From contig JACAEN010000026.1 of NCBI GenBank assembly GCA_013388845.1, positions 101,328-165,327 of the forward strand: a stretch of 64,000 nucleotides of DNA. Reading direction: 5' to 3'. Below are positions 10,260-19,676 of the stretch, in pieces. This DNA comes from Chloroflexota bacterium (GTDB taxonomy: Bacteria > Chloroflexota > Dehalococcoidia > GIF9 > AB-539-J10). The first letter of the stretch is position 1; every line of letters starts with the position of its first letter. Made by a program: the position numbers and the translations under genes. The notes below the pieces were generated by a model. The model was not told the origin of the DNA. It saw nothing but the letters and a program-made list of their open reading frames with translations, and made no database searches.

Positions 10260-11768
10260 TTAGAGTTTCTTCACATCTATAGTCACGAATACTGCCCCAC
10301 CGACCCCTATTTTCTTCTGCTGCCCTTCAATATGCTGTCGCACAGCTTCGGGAATCTGGAGATTAAGGTCAGAAAGATGTCTTACCCCCTTCACCTGATA
10401 AGTTAAGTTATCATTGCTGCTTTCTATTGCGGCGGCGGCACCCATGGCGATAGCACGCATGTAGTTTATCCCTGTATATACTCCCGAAGGCACAATATCG
10501 CTATAGATAGTGCCATTGGCCACGCAGATTTCGTTGAAACCAGCCGGACCGATTAATCTCTTGCCAGCCTCTGTTTCCACAACTTTCACCTCGATAGACT
10601 TATCTTTCCAGGCCACAAACTCGCAGGGGGCAATCTCATCTTTATGCTTTCGGGCGGTTTCCTCAATCGCTTTGGCTATTCTCCGTCCCCGAGCTGTCTG
10701 AGGGCTGGCGATATAGGTAATAGATTTGGCTATCTCTTCGTCAGAATACTCGACTACGGAGAATTGGGGGTATGCCAGTTTCCTCACATCGTTTATTTCA
10801 TAAATAAGCATCCCCAGTCGCTCAATGCCAAACCCAGCGTTGAACACAGGGTATTTAATGTCGAAATTAGCCAGGGCCACAGGTGAATACATGCCAATGT
10901 CCGCTATCTCGAGCCAAGTGCCCTTATATTTGACGAAGACTTCCTGCTCCTGTCCGGGGGCATAGTACTTGGATGTTGCTATTTTGGTCTCGAATTTGAT
11001 GTCGGGAAAGCCATACTGTTGCATGATTTTCGTTGTTATCGTCCTTCCTGCTTCTAGAGACATCTCGGGGTCCATGACTACAATGGACGCTGAGTGGTGC
11101 ACTCGCAAATGGTGCGCATCTTCCCTTTGCTCGTTGCGATATCTGGGACCCACGGAGAATAGGGCGATGGGGAAGCTAGCTTTATCCTGTAGTGCCGCCA
11201 AGGTATGAAACCAGGTCGCTGTCATGTGGCTTCTTAAGGTCTTGTTGGATGGCGCTGGCTTTAGCTCTTTCAACTCGGGGAAAACTTTATCCAGGAGCTC
11301 CGTAGCTTGGTAATCCGTGATGCTCAGTCCGGCGATGAGATCTTCGATGAGATTATCGGCTTCGATTTCCCCCTTTTTGTAGTTTCTCAAAATGGTCTGC
11401 AATTTTTCAATGTCAATTTCTTCGCCTATTTTCTTTATCTCGGCTATTCTTTTGGCACTCAGCCCGATGTCGGGGCGGGGCAGTTCAGCTAAGTAAAAAG
11501 CCCTGTCCAATATAACCCGGGCTTCTGGCCCATACTGCTTGACCACATCAGTATCGGGCAATATAGTAAGGTTCTCGACCTCATCGAAACCGAGGTCTAA
11601 TAGAATCCGGCGAGATTTCTCAATCAATTCGCGAACAAGATGAGGTTTGCCTTTCCTTGTTAGGGTGATTTCTGTGCCTGCGGGGACAAGCTTCCCCGTA
11701 GCTACCCAAGCTTCAGTAAAGTTGCTTTTTGCCTCGGACTTTATTTCACCTGTATCGAAGGTTGCCAT
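10260..11768 (-). CDS. sepS: O-phosphoseryl-tRNA synthetase (SepRS), class II aaRS of the PheRS-alpha lineage
   Basis: 502 aa. Class II motifs …TLRSHMTATWF…, …GPRYRNEQ…, …GFGIERLGML… (motif 3). The N-terminal and C-terminal extensions resemble SepRS rather than PheS. A SepCysS gene lies two genes downstream. Confidence 0.7.
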   Translation of the reverse strand: MATFDTGEIKSEAKSNFTEAWVATGKLVPAGTEITLTRKGKPHLVRELIEKSRRILLDLGFDEVENLTILPDTDVVKQYGPEARVILDRAFYLAELPRPDIGLSAKRIAEIKKIGEEIDIEKLQTILRNYKKGEIEADNLIEDLIAGLSITDYQATELLDKVFPELKELKPAPSNKTLRSHMTATWFHTLAALQDKASFPIALFSVGPRYRNEQREDAHHLRVHHSASIVVMDPEMSLEAGRTITTKIMQQYGFPDIKFETKIATSKYYAPGQEQEVFVKYKGTWLEIADIGMYSPVALANFDIKYPVFNAGFGIERLGMLIYEINDVRKLAYPQFSVVEYSDEEIAKSITYIASPQTARGRRIAKAIEETARKHKDEIAPCEFVAWKDKSIEVKVVETEAGKRLIGPAGFNEICVANGTIYSDIVPSGVYTGINYMRAIAMGAAAAIESSNDNLTYQVKGVRHLSDLNLQIPEAVRQHIEGQQKKIGVGGAVFVTIDVKKL

Positions 11769-11811
11769 GGGTGCAAAGTATACCTCAAATACCCTGAAGG
11801 TAGCTAGCCTT

Positions 11812-12078
11812 CTACTGCTTCTTTGCTGGAGTGTCTCCTACCCTCTCTACCTCGATGGTGCATTCTGTAACTAATGCGGCAATTGCCCCCAGCGCAGCCA
11901 GCACCGGAGCTGCTAGCGCTGTTACCGCCGCTACGCCAACGCCTACTGTCAGAGGGATGTCTATCAGAGGACGTCCCTTGTGTATTAACCGAACTCTCCT
12001 GATATTTCCTTGATGCACTAGCTCCTTGATTTTCTCAACTACTTCACATCCGTCTACAGTGAACTTCTCAGTTGGCAT
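11812..12078 (-). CDS. DUF4342-like small protein
   Basis: …IDIPLTVGVGVAAVTALAAPVLAALGAIAALVTECTIEVER… is a characteristic DUF4342 core. Confidence 0.55.
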   Translation of the reverse strand: MPTEKFTVDGCEVVEKIKELVHQGNIRRVRLIHKGRPLIDIPLTVGVGVAAVTALAAPVLAALGAIAALVTECTIEVERVGDTPAKKQ

Positions 12079-12092
12079 TGTCTTTGACCTCC

Positions 12093-12596
12093 TTACTTGC
12101 TAATGAGCCCCGTCAGATATTGCTTCAGCATGTCTAGTGCCGCATCTGCAGCGTCCCGCTTGTTTTCCTCGCGGTTTCCCGGGAGGACATGTTTTTGACA
12201 CAAGCTCTTACCTTCGGCGGCCAGGCTTAGGTAAAACAAACCCACCGGTTTTTCAGGAGTACCACCTGAAGGACCAGCAATCCCCGTATCGGAGACGCAT
12301 ATGTCCACTTTCAAGAGCTTCCTGCCACCTTGAGCCATCTCTCGAGCTGTTTGCTCGCTCACGGCACCATATTTTTTAATAGTGGCCCTTCTTACCCCCA
12401 GCAAGGCAATTTTCACTTCGTTGTTGTAGGCTACTATAGAGCCCTTGAAGTAGTCCGAACTGCCGGGCACATTGGTTATCCTGTCCGCTATCCTGCCGCC
12501 GGTCGCTGACTCCACAGTGCCGATGGTCAGGAATTTTCCCGTCTTGGCCTGGTATTCCCTTATTAGCCGGGCGATTTCTGCTTCCACTCTCGCCAT
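12093..12596 (-). CDS. pncC: CinA C-terminal domain protein (PncC-type NMN amidohydrolase)
   Basis: …LTIGTVESATGGRIADRITNVPGSSDYFKGSIVAYNNEVK… is the CinA C-terminal signature. Confidence 0.8.
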   Translation of the reverse strand: MARVEAEIARLIREYQAKTGKFLTIGTVESATGGRIADRITNVPGSSDYFKGSIVAYNNEVKIALLGVRRATIKKYGAVSEQTAREMAQGGRKLLKVDICVSDTGIAGPSGGTPEKPVGLFYLSLAAEGKSLCQKHVLPGNREENKRDAADAALDMLKQYLTGLISK

Positions 12597-12637
12597 TGTT
12601 GGTTAATTCTAGCAGATTTCCTTGCTATAATTCAGTA

Positions 12638-13417
12638 ATGGCTGAATTTAGCGACACAATTACCTTTCTGGGCACTGCCGGTGCCCGCTTCATCGTGGTT
12701 CGCCAGTTTCTGGCCTCTGGAGGTGCCTGGCTTAAGCTGGGCAACGCTCAAATACTCCTTGACCCCGGTCCTGGCTGCTTGGTTCAGGTTGCCAAGAGAA
12801 AGCTCGATGCTACGAAACTCGACGCTATCATCTTATCTCATAAGCATTTAGACCACAGCGGGGATATTAACATCATGATTGAAGCCATGACCGACGGAGG
12901 CACCAAGAGGCGAGGCATGGTCTTTGCTCCCGCCGATGCCCTGAATCAAGACCCTGTTGTTTTGTCCTATTTGCGGTCTTATCTTCAGGATATACAAGTT
13001 CTAACTGAAGGTGGGAGTTATAAAGTTAGCGATATTTCCTTCAAGACGCCCGTCAGGCATAAGCATCCCGTGGAAACCTATGGTTTTATCTTCCAAACGC
13101 CGCGGCATACTTTCTCCTGGATTATTGATACTAGATATTTTGAAGATCTGGCCAGTCATTATGAAGGCGATTTGCTGATTATCAATGTGGTCCGCTTAAA
13201 GCCCGGAGCTCCTCTGGACCATTTGTCTCTTCCTGAAGCGCGGAGCATAATCAAGCAGGTAAAGCCTAAGGCTGCCATTCTTACCCATTTTGGCATGACC
13301 ATGTGGCGGGCTAAACCCTGGGAGTTGGCTAAGAAACTGAGCGAAGAAACTGGGATTTCGGTAATCGCCGCCAGGGACGGCATGACATTCGACCTGGCAC
13401 AGTTAGACAGCCCATAA
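12638..13417 (+). CDS. MBL-fold metallo-hydrolase
   Basis: MAEFSDTITFLGTAGA… and the HxHxDH motif (ILSHKHLDHSGD). Confidence 0.75.
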   Translation: MAEFSDTITFLGTAGARFIVVRQFLASGGAWLKLGNAQILLDPGPGCLVQVAKRKLDATKLDAIILSHKHLDHSGDINIMIEAMTDGGTKRRGMVFAPADALNQDPVVLSYLRSYLQDIQVLTEGGSYKVSDISFKTPVRHKHPVETYGFIFQTPRHTFSWIIDTRYFEDLASHYEGDLLIINVVRLKPGAPLDHLSLPEARSIIKQVKPKAAILTHFGMTMWRAKPWELAKKLSEETGISVIAARDGMTFDLAQLDSP

Positions 13418-13465
13418 AAGCTTGGTTCTGGAGTCCAGATTTATCCATTAGTATCTCCTAGGCTA

Positions 13466-14524
13466 TCACTTAGGCAGGAAGGTTTTGAGTAAATTCCACG
13501 AAGCCTCTGGCCTCAGTTCCCAGACATATGAAGTATCAACCACATCCGGGTTGTTGCATTGCCAGCATCCCTTGGTCATATTTGCCACCTCGCGACGGTC
13601 CCAGTTTTTCATTATCTCATCGAATGGGGATGTTCTCACATTTCCGTAAGGTCTATCATGGTTGAAACAGTTCGTTACGTTGCCTTCCGGCGTCACGGTT
13701 ACAAAAACAAAAGGCGCACGACAAACATAAGGCCTCATATTTAGCAAGTATCTGTGCAGATATGTTCGAGAGTTATTTATGGGATAGCCCCTCTTTTTCA
13801 GGTCAAGTAATTCTCTGGCTACTTGCTGCTCTGACTCCCGCGATGCCAGAGCTTCTTTGTTCGTCTCTCCGGTATCTCTGGCAATTCCTTCCTTGGCCGG
13901 GCAGACCCAGAGCGATACGCTGAGAGAGCGAGCAAGCTCTGCCATTTGCCCCATCACTTTCTCATTCCCTCGATGCAGGAGACAGTTGATGACAATCTTC
14001 TTGGGCGAGTTCATCCTCTTTAAGGTCTCTATGCCCTCGATAGCTTTCGCGAAGAGACCGGGCATGCCTCGGAAGGAATCGTGCCCCTTGCTTTCGGGAT
14101 AATCCAGTGAGACTATAATGCACCGGACTTCTTTGGCGATTTCATGCGCCCTGTCTGGTAGAAGGAGTCCGTTGGTGATTACAGTCGTCATCATTCCATT
14201 TTCGCGGGAAGAACGGCAGAGCTGGCCAATGTCCTGGCGCAAGAGGGGTTCTCCACCCCATATCGCATTTGCTATAAATCCTGCATCTTTGGCGCCACGA
14301 TAGAGGTGTTCGATGGCGCTTGTTTCCAGTTCGTCTGCTTTGTTATCACGCCAGAGACATGTCGGGCACTGGCAATTGCATCGTCCTGTGACCAGATGTG
14401 AGAGAAAAAACGGGCCTCGCCTGCCGGAGCGACTTGCCAGCAGAGTTCTGATGAAGCGGGCGATATCGCCCCAATCCCAGCGTGCACCCGAATCTCGTTG
14501 CTTTTCTAGCATGGCATGCACCAC
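13466..14524 (-). CDS. Radical SAM enzyme with C-terminal SPASM/twitch Cys cluster
   Basis: CxxxCxxC (GRCNCQCPTC). Further Cys-rich C-terminus (…VCRAPF…NCFNHD…GCWQCNNPD). Confidence 0.75.
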   Translation of the reverse strand: MVHAMLEKQRDSGARWDWGDIARFIRTLLASRSGRRGPFFLSHLVTGRCNCQCPTCLWRDNKADELETSAIEHLYRGAKDAGFIANAIWGGEPLLRQDIGQLCRSSRENGMMTTVITNGLLLPDRAHEIAKEVRCIIVSLDYPESKGHDSFRGMPGLFAKAIEGIETLKRMNSPKKIVINCLLHRGNEKVMGQMAELARSLSVSLWVCPAKEGIARDTGETNKEALASRESEQQVARELLDLKKRGYPINNSRTYLHRYLLNMRPYVCRAPFVFVTVTPEGNVTNCFNHDRPYGNVRTSPFDEIMKNWDRREVANMTKGCWQCNNPDVVDTSYVWELRPEASWNLLKTFLPK

Positions 14525-14653
14525 CCCTCGTACATTATGCTAAATCAACCCCCAAAAATCTTCTACTTTTTGGAGACCCGATAGGTTCGAATTTCGGATT
14601 TACAGATTTCCACGGGGATCGCGAGATTTTGGCGGTTGGATTCAGTAGAATGA

Positions 14654-14781
14654 GAGCTTCTTGGCAACGACATATTTTCCCAGAGGGTCCCCCCTCAAGT
14701 ATCGTCTGCGCTGGAGCGTTTCACTTCCGTGTTCGGGATGGGAACGGGTGGTTCCACTCCGCTAGAGTCACCAAGAAGCTC
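14654..14781 (-). rRNA. rrf: 5S ribosomal RNA, orphan (no 23S rRNA adjacent)
   Basis: Minus-strand sequence GCTTCTTGGTGACTCTAGCGGAGTGGAACCACCCGTTCCCATCCCGAACACGGAAGTGAAACGCTCCAGCGC…GTTGCCAAGAAGC aligns with the bacterial 5S consensus (CCCATGCCGAACTCAGAAGTGAAACGCCGTAGCGCC). Helix I terminal pairing is GCTTCTTGG/CCAAGAAGC. Confidence 0.8.
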
Positions 14782-14961
14782 TCTACTATAGTATACCGTG
14801 TTTCGGGAAAAATACGCAAGCCTGTATGCATAGACTTTCAAAACATCCAGTTGCTATTCTGAGTCCTTCGCTTGTTTGTTGTCACTCTGACTCTGAGTGA
14901 AGTGGAAAGGAATAATCTAATTGACGAGCCCAAATATGTATAATGCTGGCGATATTTCGAG

Positions 14962-15561
14962 ATGACGCAGGGCAATCTGAACAGAGAAGGTAGCAGTTCA
15001 TCTGTTAACGTGCTTTCTTCTGTGCTGAGGATCTTGGATGCCGAGAACCGGCTGATCGAGCGTGCTGACCAAAAGGCAATATCACTGCTCTCCGCTCTCG
15101 GCGTGTTTATGGTCTTCTTCATCGTTTACCATCGCGTCATCCCGATTAACCTGTTTACGGTTATACTATTGTCAATATACTTCGCCGTTTCTTTGCTGGC
15201 TATAGTGAGCCTCATCCTGGCAGTGCGTCCCAGGATTCGCATGGTTGAGGAGGAGACAGGAGACGCGGATAAAGCAGCCGCATGTGAGCCGGCCTTCTTC
15301 GTGGGAATCTGCAAATTCCCGATTTTGTCAGCTTACAGACAGGCTCTTCAGGATATGATGAAAGATGAAGCATCGATTGTCAATGTCTACACCAGGCAGA
15401 TCTTTGGCCTGGCTCGGGTCAACGCAGCCAAGTACAGAAATATCCAGCGTGCTGTCCTTCTGGTCATTATCGCATTGGCGGTGGAATTGGCTCTCGTGGC
15501 TTACCTGTTTATCTATTATCACGCCCAGGGGGCGACACTGCTGCCGCCGATTACTGGCTAG
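14962..15561 (+). CDS. Hypothetical membrane protein (N-terminal cytoplasmic helix, two adjacent TM helices, helical cytoplasmic segment, C-terminal TM helix)
   Basis: 199 aa ORF with clear TM segments. No recognisable catalytic motif and a weak RBS. Confidence 0.4.
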   Translation: MTQGNLNREGSSSSVNVLSSVLRILDAENRLIERADQKAISLLSALGVFMVFFIVYHRVIPINLFTVILLSIYFAVSLLAIVSLILAVRPRIRMVEEETGDADKAAACEPAFFVGICKFPILSAYRQALQDMMKDEASIVNVYTRQIFGLARVNAAKYRNIQRAVLLVIIALAVELALVAYLFIYYHAQGATLLPPITG

Positions 15562-16038
15562 GATTTGCATTTTTTCGACGAGGCTTGCTCTCAAAGATTA
15601 CTGTCTCTCCCCCTCAGGATAAGAGCTTTCTTCAAATTCCCCCTTAAAGGTGAGAAAACCGTAGTGCGAGGCTCCTGCCCGCCAGAGCTTGGCAGGCAGG
15701 TCAGCCTCGCTCCAGAGAGAGGATAAGAGGGTGCCAGTGGAGCTGGCCACGTCCTTCAATTTCGTGCTCTTGACAACTCCCCCTCTTAGGATAAGAGGGG
15801 GTTGGGGGAGTTACGACTTTCCAATGCTCATAACCCCCTTTAATACCCCTTACCCTAAGGGGGATAACGGGGAAAGAGCCCTAAATCCTAAACATTTAGC
15901 GCCGTGCACGACCTTGAAAGGTCGCACTACAATCGTGCTCGGAATTTGCCGACTAAGAAGCGGAATCTTGGGAAAACTCACCCCTGCCCTCCTGTGCTAT
16001 AATGGTTTCCAAATCTCATAGAGAGGAGGTTTGTTCTC

Positions 16039-16833
16039 ATGGATTGGGGCATGCAGAATCGTCTGGCGCAATTAGTTCAAGCGGATGGCCGCTGTTTATT
16101 TTTGCCTGTGGATCATGGCTATTTTCAGGGTCCTATCAAGAAACTGGAGAACCCGCGCCAAACTCTGGAGCCCCTTCTCCCTTACACCGATGCTATTTTC
16201 ATTACCAGAGGGGTTTTGAGATCGTGTGTTGACCCTGACAGGGCGAAACCAATCATCCTGAGGGTCTCTGGCGGCACCAGCATAAAAGGAAAAGACCTGG
16301 CTCACGAGGGGATAACCACCTCAATGGAGGAAGCCATCCGACTCAATGCCTGTGCGGTGGGCATCTCCATCTTCGTGGGAACTGATTATGAGCATGATTC
16401 CTTGCTAAATCTAGCTAAGCTTGTTGACGAAGGGGAAAGGCATGGCATCCCGGTAATGGCTGTCACCGCCGTGGGCCGGGAACTGGAGAAGCGCGAGTCC
16501 CGCTATCTGGCTCTGTCCTGTCGTATTGCTGCTGAGTTGGGTGCTCGATTGGTTAAGACTTATTACTGTGACAAATTCGAGAGGGTTACCCGCGGCTGCC
16601 CTGTTCCCGTGGTCATTGCTGGCGGGCCAAAAGTTCCTACTGGATTTGAAGTTCTTAAATTTGTGTATGACGGCCTTCAGAAAGGCGCCATCGGTGTGAA
16701 TCTAGGGAGAAACATCTGGCAAAATGAGCACCCCGTGGCCATGATCAGAGCCATGCGCGCCATCATCCATGAGAAGGCCACCCCTGAGCAAGCCCAAGAG
16801 CTATACGATAGCGTAAAGGGTGGAACACCGTAA
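16039..16833 (+). CDS. Class I fructose-bisphosphate aldolase of the DhnA/FbaB (archaeal-type) family
   Basis: …LFLPVDHGYFQGP…VSGGTSIKGKD…KTYYCD…VVIAGGPK… aligns with the DhnA-type aldolase / ADH synthase family. RBS GAGGAGG upstream. TATAAT at 15998-16003. Confidence 0.8.
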   Translation: MDWGMQNRLAQLVQADGRCLFLPVDHGYFQGPIKKLENPRQTLEPLLPYTDAIFITRGVLRSCVDPDRAKPIILRVSGGTSIKGKDLAHEGITTSMEEAIRLNACAVGISIFVGTDYEHDSLLNLAKLVDEGERHGIPVMAVTAVGRELEKRESRYLALSCRIAAELGARLVKTYYCDKFERVTRGCPVPVVIAGGPKVPTGFEVLKFVYDGLQKGAIGVNLGRNIWQNEHPVAMIRAMRAIIHEKATPEQAQELYDSVKGGTP

Positions 16834-16957
16834 TAGTCTGTGATTCATAAAATGCAAACTACCTCCCTAGGGTTCTCACGTGAAATTCCAACCCTCGAGG
16901 AAGAAGTAACTTATTTGAAGTGAAACCTCATTACAAACAGGAGTAACCATCATAAAA

Positions 16958-17677
16958 ATGAAAAAGAGGAAAATGATACCAATATTACTGGTGGTCATGA
17001 TAGTTGCAGTTGTTGTGATAAGCGTATTCTTTGGACTCAGATTGGGCAAGGAAACATGGACGGAATCCTTCAATCTCGAAGAATGTAATTTCTCTGCGAC
17101 TGGAAGGAACTATTACTTCATTTTAGAGCCGGGATATCAATTAACCTTAGAAGGGAGCGAAGGTCAAAAGGGGGTTGAACTTATAATCACTGTGTTGAAT
17201 GAGACGGTGAAAATTGGAAATGTGGAAACCAGGGTTGTAGAAGAAAGGGAAACAAAAAACGGCGAATTGGTTGAGGTCTCCAGAAACTTTTTTGCCATAT
17301 GCACCCAAACTAACAGCGTATTCTATCTTGGTGAAGATGTGGACATCTATGAAGGTGGAGAAATTGTAAGCCATGAAGGTGCTTGGCAGGCGGGGATCGG
17401 AGACGCCAAAGCAGGTTTGATGATGCCCGGGATTATCCTGCTGGGGGCAAGATATTATCAGGAGGTAGCACCCGGTGTAGCTATGGATAGAGCAAAAATA
17501 TTAAGTAACGAAGAAATAGTCGATTCGCCTGCGGGTAGGTTTGATAAGTGTTTAAAAATAGAAGAAACAACGCCTTTGGAGCCCGGGGTTAAGGAATACA
17601 AATTCTACGCTGAAGGAGTCGGTCTTGTAAGAGATGGAGACTTGTTGTTAACCGAGTATGGATTTGTTAGCGAATAA
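16958..17677 (+). CDS. Hypothetical N-terminally membrane-anchored protein
   Basis: Signal-anchor MKKRKMIPILLVVMIVAVVVISVFF. No recognised domain. Confidence 0.5.
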   Translation: MKKRKMIPILLVVMIVAVVVISVFFGLRLGKETWTESFNLEECNFSATGRNYYFILEPGYQLTLEGSEGQKGVELIITVLNETVKIGNVETRVVEERETKNGELVEVSRNFFAICTQTNSVFYLGEDVDIYEGGEIVSHEGAWQAGIGDAKAGLMMPGIILLGARYYQEVAPGVAMDRAKILSNEEIVDSPAGRFDKCLKIEETTPLEPGVKEYKFYAEGVGLVRDGDLLLTEYGFVSE

Positions 17678-17909
17678 CAATTCAGAAAATATCGTGGGTT
17701 GGGCGGACTCCGAGTTCATTTATGCAATTGTTAACTGACATCGGCTTGCCTCCTATTCTGCTTGTGACAGTGAGAGGGGGCTTGACCGATTCCATAGTGG
17801 GAGGTGATGCCTATGGGAAAACAAAGCTAGCTTCTTTGCCTGCGGGTGATAGGGAGTTAGCCTGTTTCATTTCAAAGGCCCGCTAAACTGAAAAAAGGAG
17901 GTGACATTT

Positions 17910-18191
17910 ATGAAGAGACCTTCTTGGGAGGAACCCTTTGAGGACCGTGAAGATGCAAAGAAACACCTTTGTACCACGGGGCTGGCGGGGCACGCTTGTT
18001 GTTTTCTTGGTGCTGTGTTTGCTCTCTTGGGAATCATTGGTGATGCTGCAAACGCGACTCTTGGCCTGGAGCCCACATCTTGGTTACTGTTGGCTGTTTT
18101 TGCTTCTGTAGCTGGCATTCCTATGTGGATTATCTGGGGAATGTCTATGCATTTGCTTGGCATAGAGGCCAAAACTAAAGTGAAAGAGTAG
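17910..18191 (+). CDS. Small hypothetical membrane protein
   Basis: RBS AAGGAGG 7 nt upstream of the ATG at 17910. Two TM helices. Confidence 0.45.
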   Translation: MKRPSWEEPFEDREDAKKHLCTTGLAGHACCFLGAVFALLGIIGDAANATLGLEPTSWLLLAVFASVAGIPMWIIWGMSMHLLGIEAKTKVKE

Positions 18192-18418
18192 CTCTTGTTT
18201 AGTTGTGGGTGCAGGACTGATTGTCTAGTTTGCAGGGAGGTGGCCTGAGCAGCAAAAGCGAGTAAATAGTAGCTGCCCAATTCATTGGGCTTGCTCGTAA
18301 CAGATAGGTTTATCTACAGATTCCCCGCTTAAGGTAAGAGGGGCTAGGGGAGTTATGAAAGAAGCCTAGATGTGGTGGCGGGGTTTAGCGCCGCCTTGCG
18401 GTCTGAGAGGAAAATGCC

Positions 18419-19447
18419 ATGCGTGTAGCTATGTATTACAACAATCGGGATGTCCGTCTGGAGGAGATGCCTGTGCCCCAGATTGGCCCGGGCGAGGTGC
18501 TGATGCGGGTGGAAGCCAGCGGCATCTGTGGCACTGATTTGCTGGAATGGTATCGCCGGCACAAAGCCCCTTTAGTCCTGGGTCATGAAGTCGCCGGTGT
18601 GATTGTGGCTGTTGGGGAGGGGGTGGAACATCATAAAGTGGGTGAGCGGATTTGTGCCGCCCATCACGTTCCTTGTAACACTTGCCACTATTGCCTCATT
18701 GGACACCACACCGTTTGCGATACGCTGCGTCAGGCGAACTTCGACCCTGGTGGCTTTGCTGAGTATGTGCGGCTGCCGCGCATCAATGTGGAGCAAGGCA
18801 TATTTCCCTTGCCTGACGAGGTATCGTTTGGGGAAGCGACCTTTGTCGAGCCGCTGGCTTGCGTCCTGCGTGGGCAAAGATTAGCTCATTTCCAGCCGGA
18901 GCAGACTGTCCTTGTTATCGGCTGCGGCGTGGCTGGGCTCCTCCATATACAACTGGCTCGGGCTTCAGGTGCCAGTCGCATTATCGCCACGGATATCCTT
19001 GATTATCGCCTGGAGGCAGCCCGGAGGTTTGGAGCCGATGTTGCCATTCAGGCTAACGAATATACGCCAGCCTATGTGCGTGGTGTAGCTGACGGTCGTC
19101 TGGCTGACCTCGTCATAATATGTACCGGGGCGACAGCAGCGATAGCTCAGGCATTGGATTCGGTGGAGCGGGGAGGCACTGTTCTCTTCTTCGCACCCAC
19201 GGAGCCGGGTGTTAGCGTTCCCATATCGGTGAACGACCTGTTCTGGCGCAATGAGATAACGCTCACCAGTTCCTATGGGGGTAGCCCTGCCGATTATGCC
19301 GCCGCCTTGGAGCTGATACAGTCTGGCAAAATACGAGTGCGGCAGATGATCACCCATCGTTTGAGCCTGGCGGAAACAGGCTTGGGATTTCAGCTTGTGG
19401 CAGGGGCTCAGGACTGTCTCAAGGTCATCATCGAGCTCCAGAGGTAG
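18419..19447 (+). CDS. Zinc-dependent alcohol dehydrogenase (MDR family; threonine/sorbitol dehydrogenase-like)
   Basis: GICGTDL…GHEVAG… catalytic-zinc motif. Structural-zinc Cys cluster CNTCHYCLIGHHTVC. GxGxxG (VIGCGVAG). Confidence 0.85.
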   Translation: MRVAMYYNNRDVRLEEMPVPQIGPGEVLMRVEASGICGTDLLEWYRRHKAPLVLGHEVAGVIVAVGEGVEHHKVGERICAAHHVPCNTCHYCLIGHHTVCDTLRQANFDPGGFAEYVRLPRINVEQGIFPLPDEVSFGEATFVEPLACVLRGQRLAHFQPEQTVLVIGCGVAGLLHIQLARASGASRIIATDILDYRLEAARRFGADVAIQANEYTPAYVRGVADGRLADLVIICTGATAAIAQALDSVERGGTVLFFAPTEPGVSVPISVNDLFWRNEITLTSSYGGSPADYAAALELIQSGKIRVRQMITHRLSLAETGLGFQLVAGAQDCLKVIIELQR

Positions 19448-19676
19448 CTCCATACCGGAGTATGGGGCACCACAGAACAGCTGGCAGGGCCTCATAGCGG
19501 TCTGCAGCGGTTGACGCGAGCCTGACGAGGGACATGGCATCACCCGAGCTCATCCTCTTGTGCAAAATACGTGGATTGTGGGCCAGGGCAGGCGCTTGAT
19601 ATGCGGGTGTCAGAGATGATAATATCTTTAGTGACTTAAAATCTGATACAGTAGGGTCAAAGAGGGGAAAAAGTTG

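Noticed and set aside
14575-14600. tRNA-like 'aggttcgaatttcgg' T-loop motif
   Set aside because: The flanking sequence cannot form T-stem or acceptor-stem pairings. No complete cloverleaf could be built.
14482-14862. 126 aa plus-strand ORF
   Set aside because: It is antisense to, and fully overlaps, the 5S rRNA gene.
15689-16021. 110 aa ORF in the repeat-rich spacer before the aldolase gene
   Set aside because: It overlaps the hairpin repeats and the promoter/RBS of the downstream gene. The protein has no start context and a Pro/Leu-rich composition typical of GC-rich non-coding frames.
15560-16038. Possible RNase P RNA, on the strength of the 'ggataagagggtgcc' and 'ccttaccc' strings
   Set aside because: The universally conserved P4 strands (GGAAAGTCCGGGCTC / ACAGAACCCGGCTTA) are absent on both strands. 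The resemblance is limited to short G-rich words.
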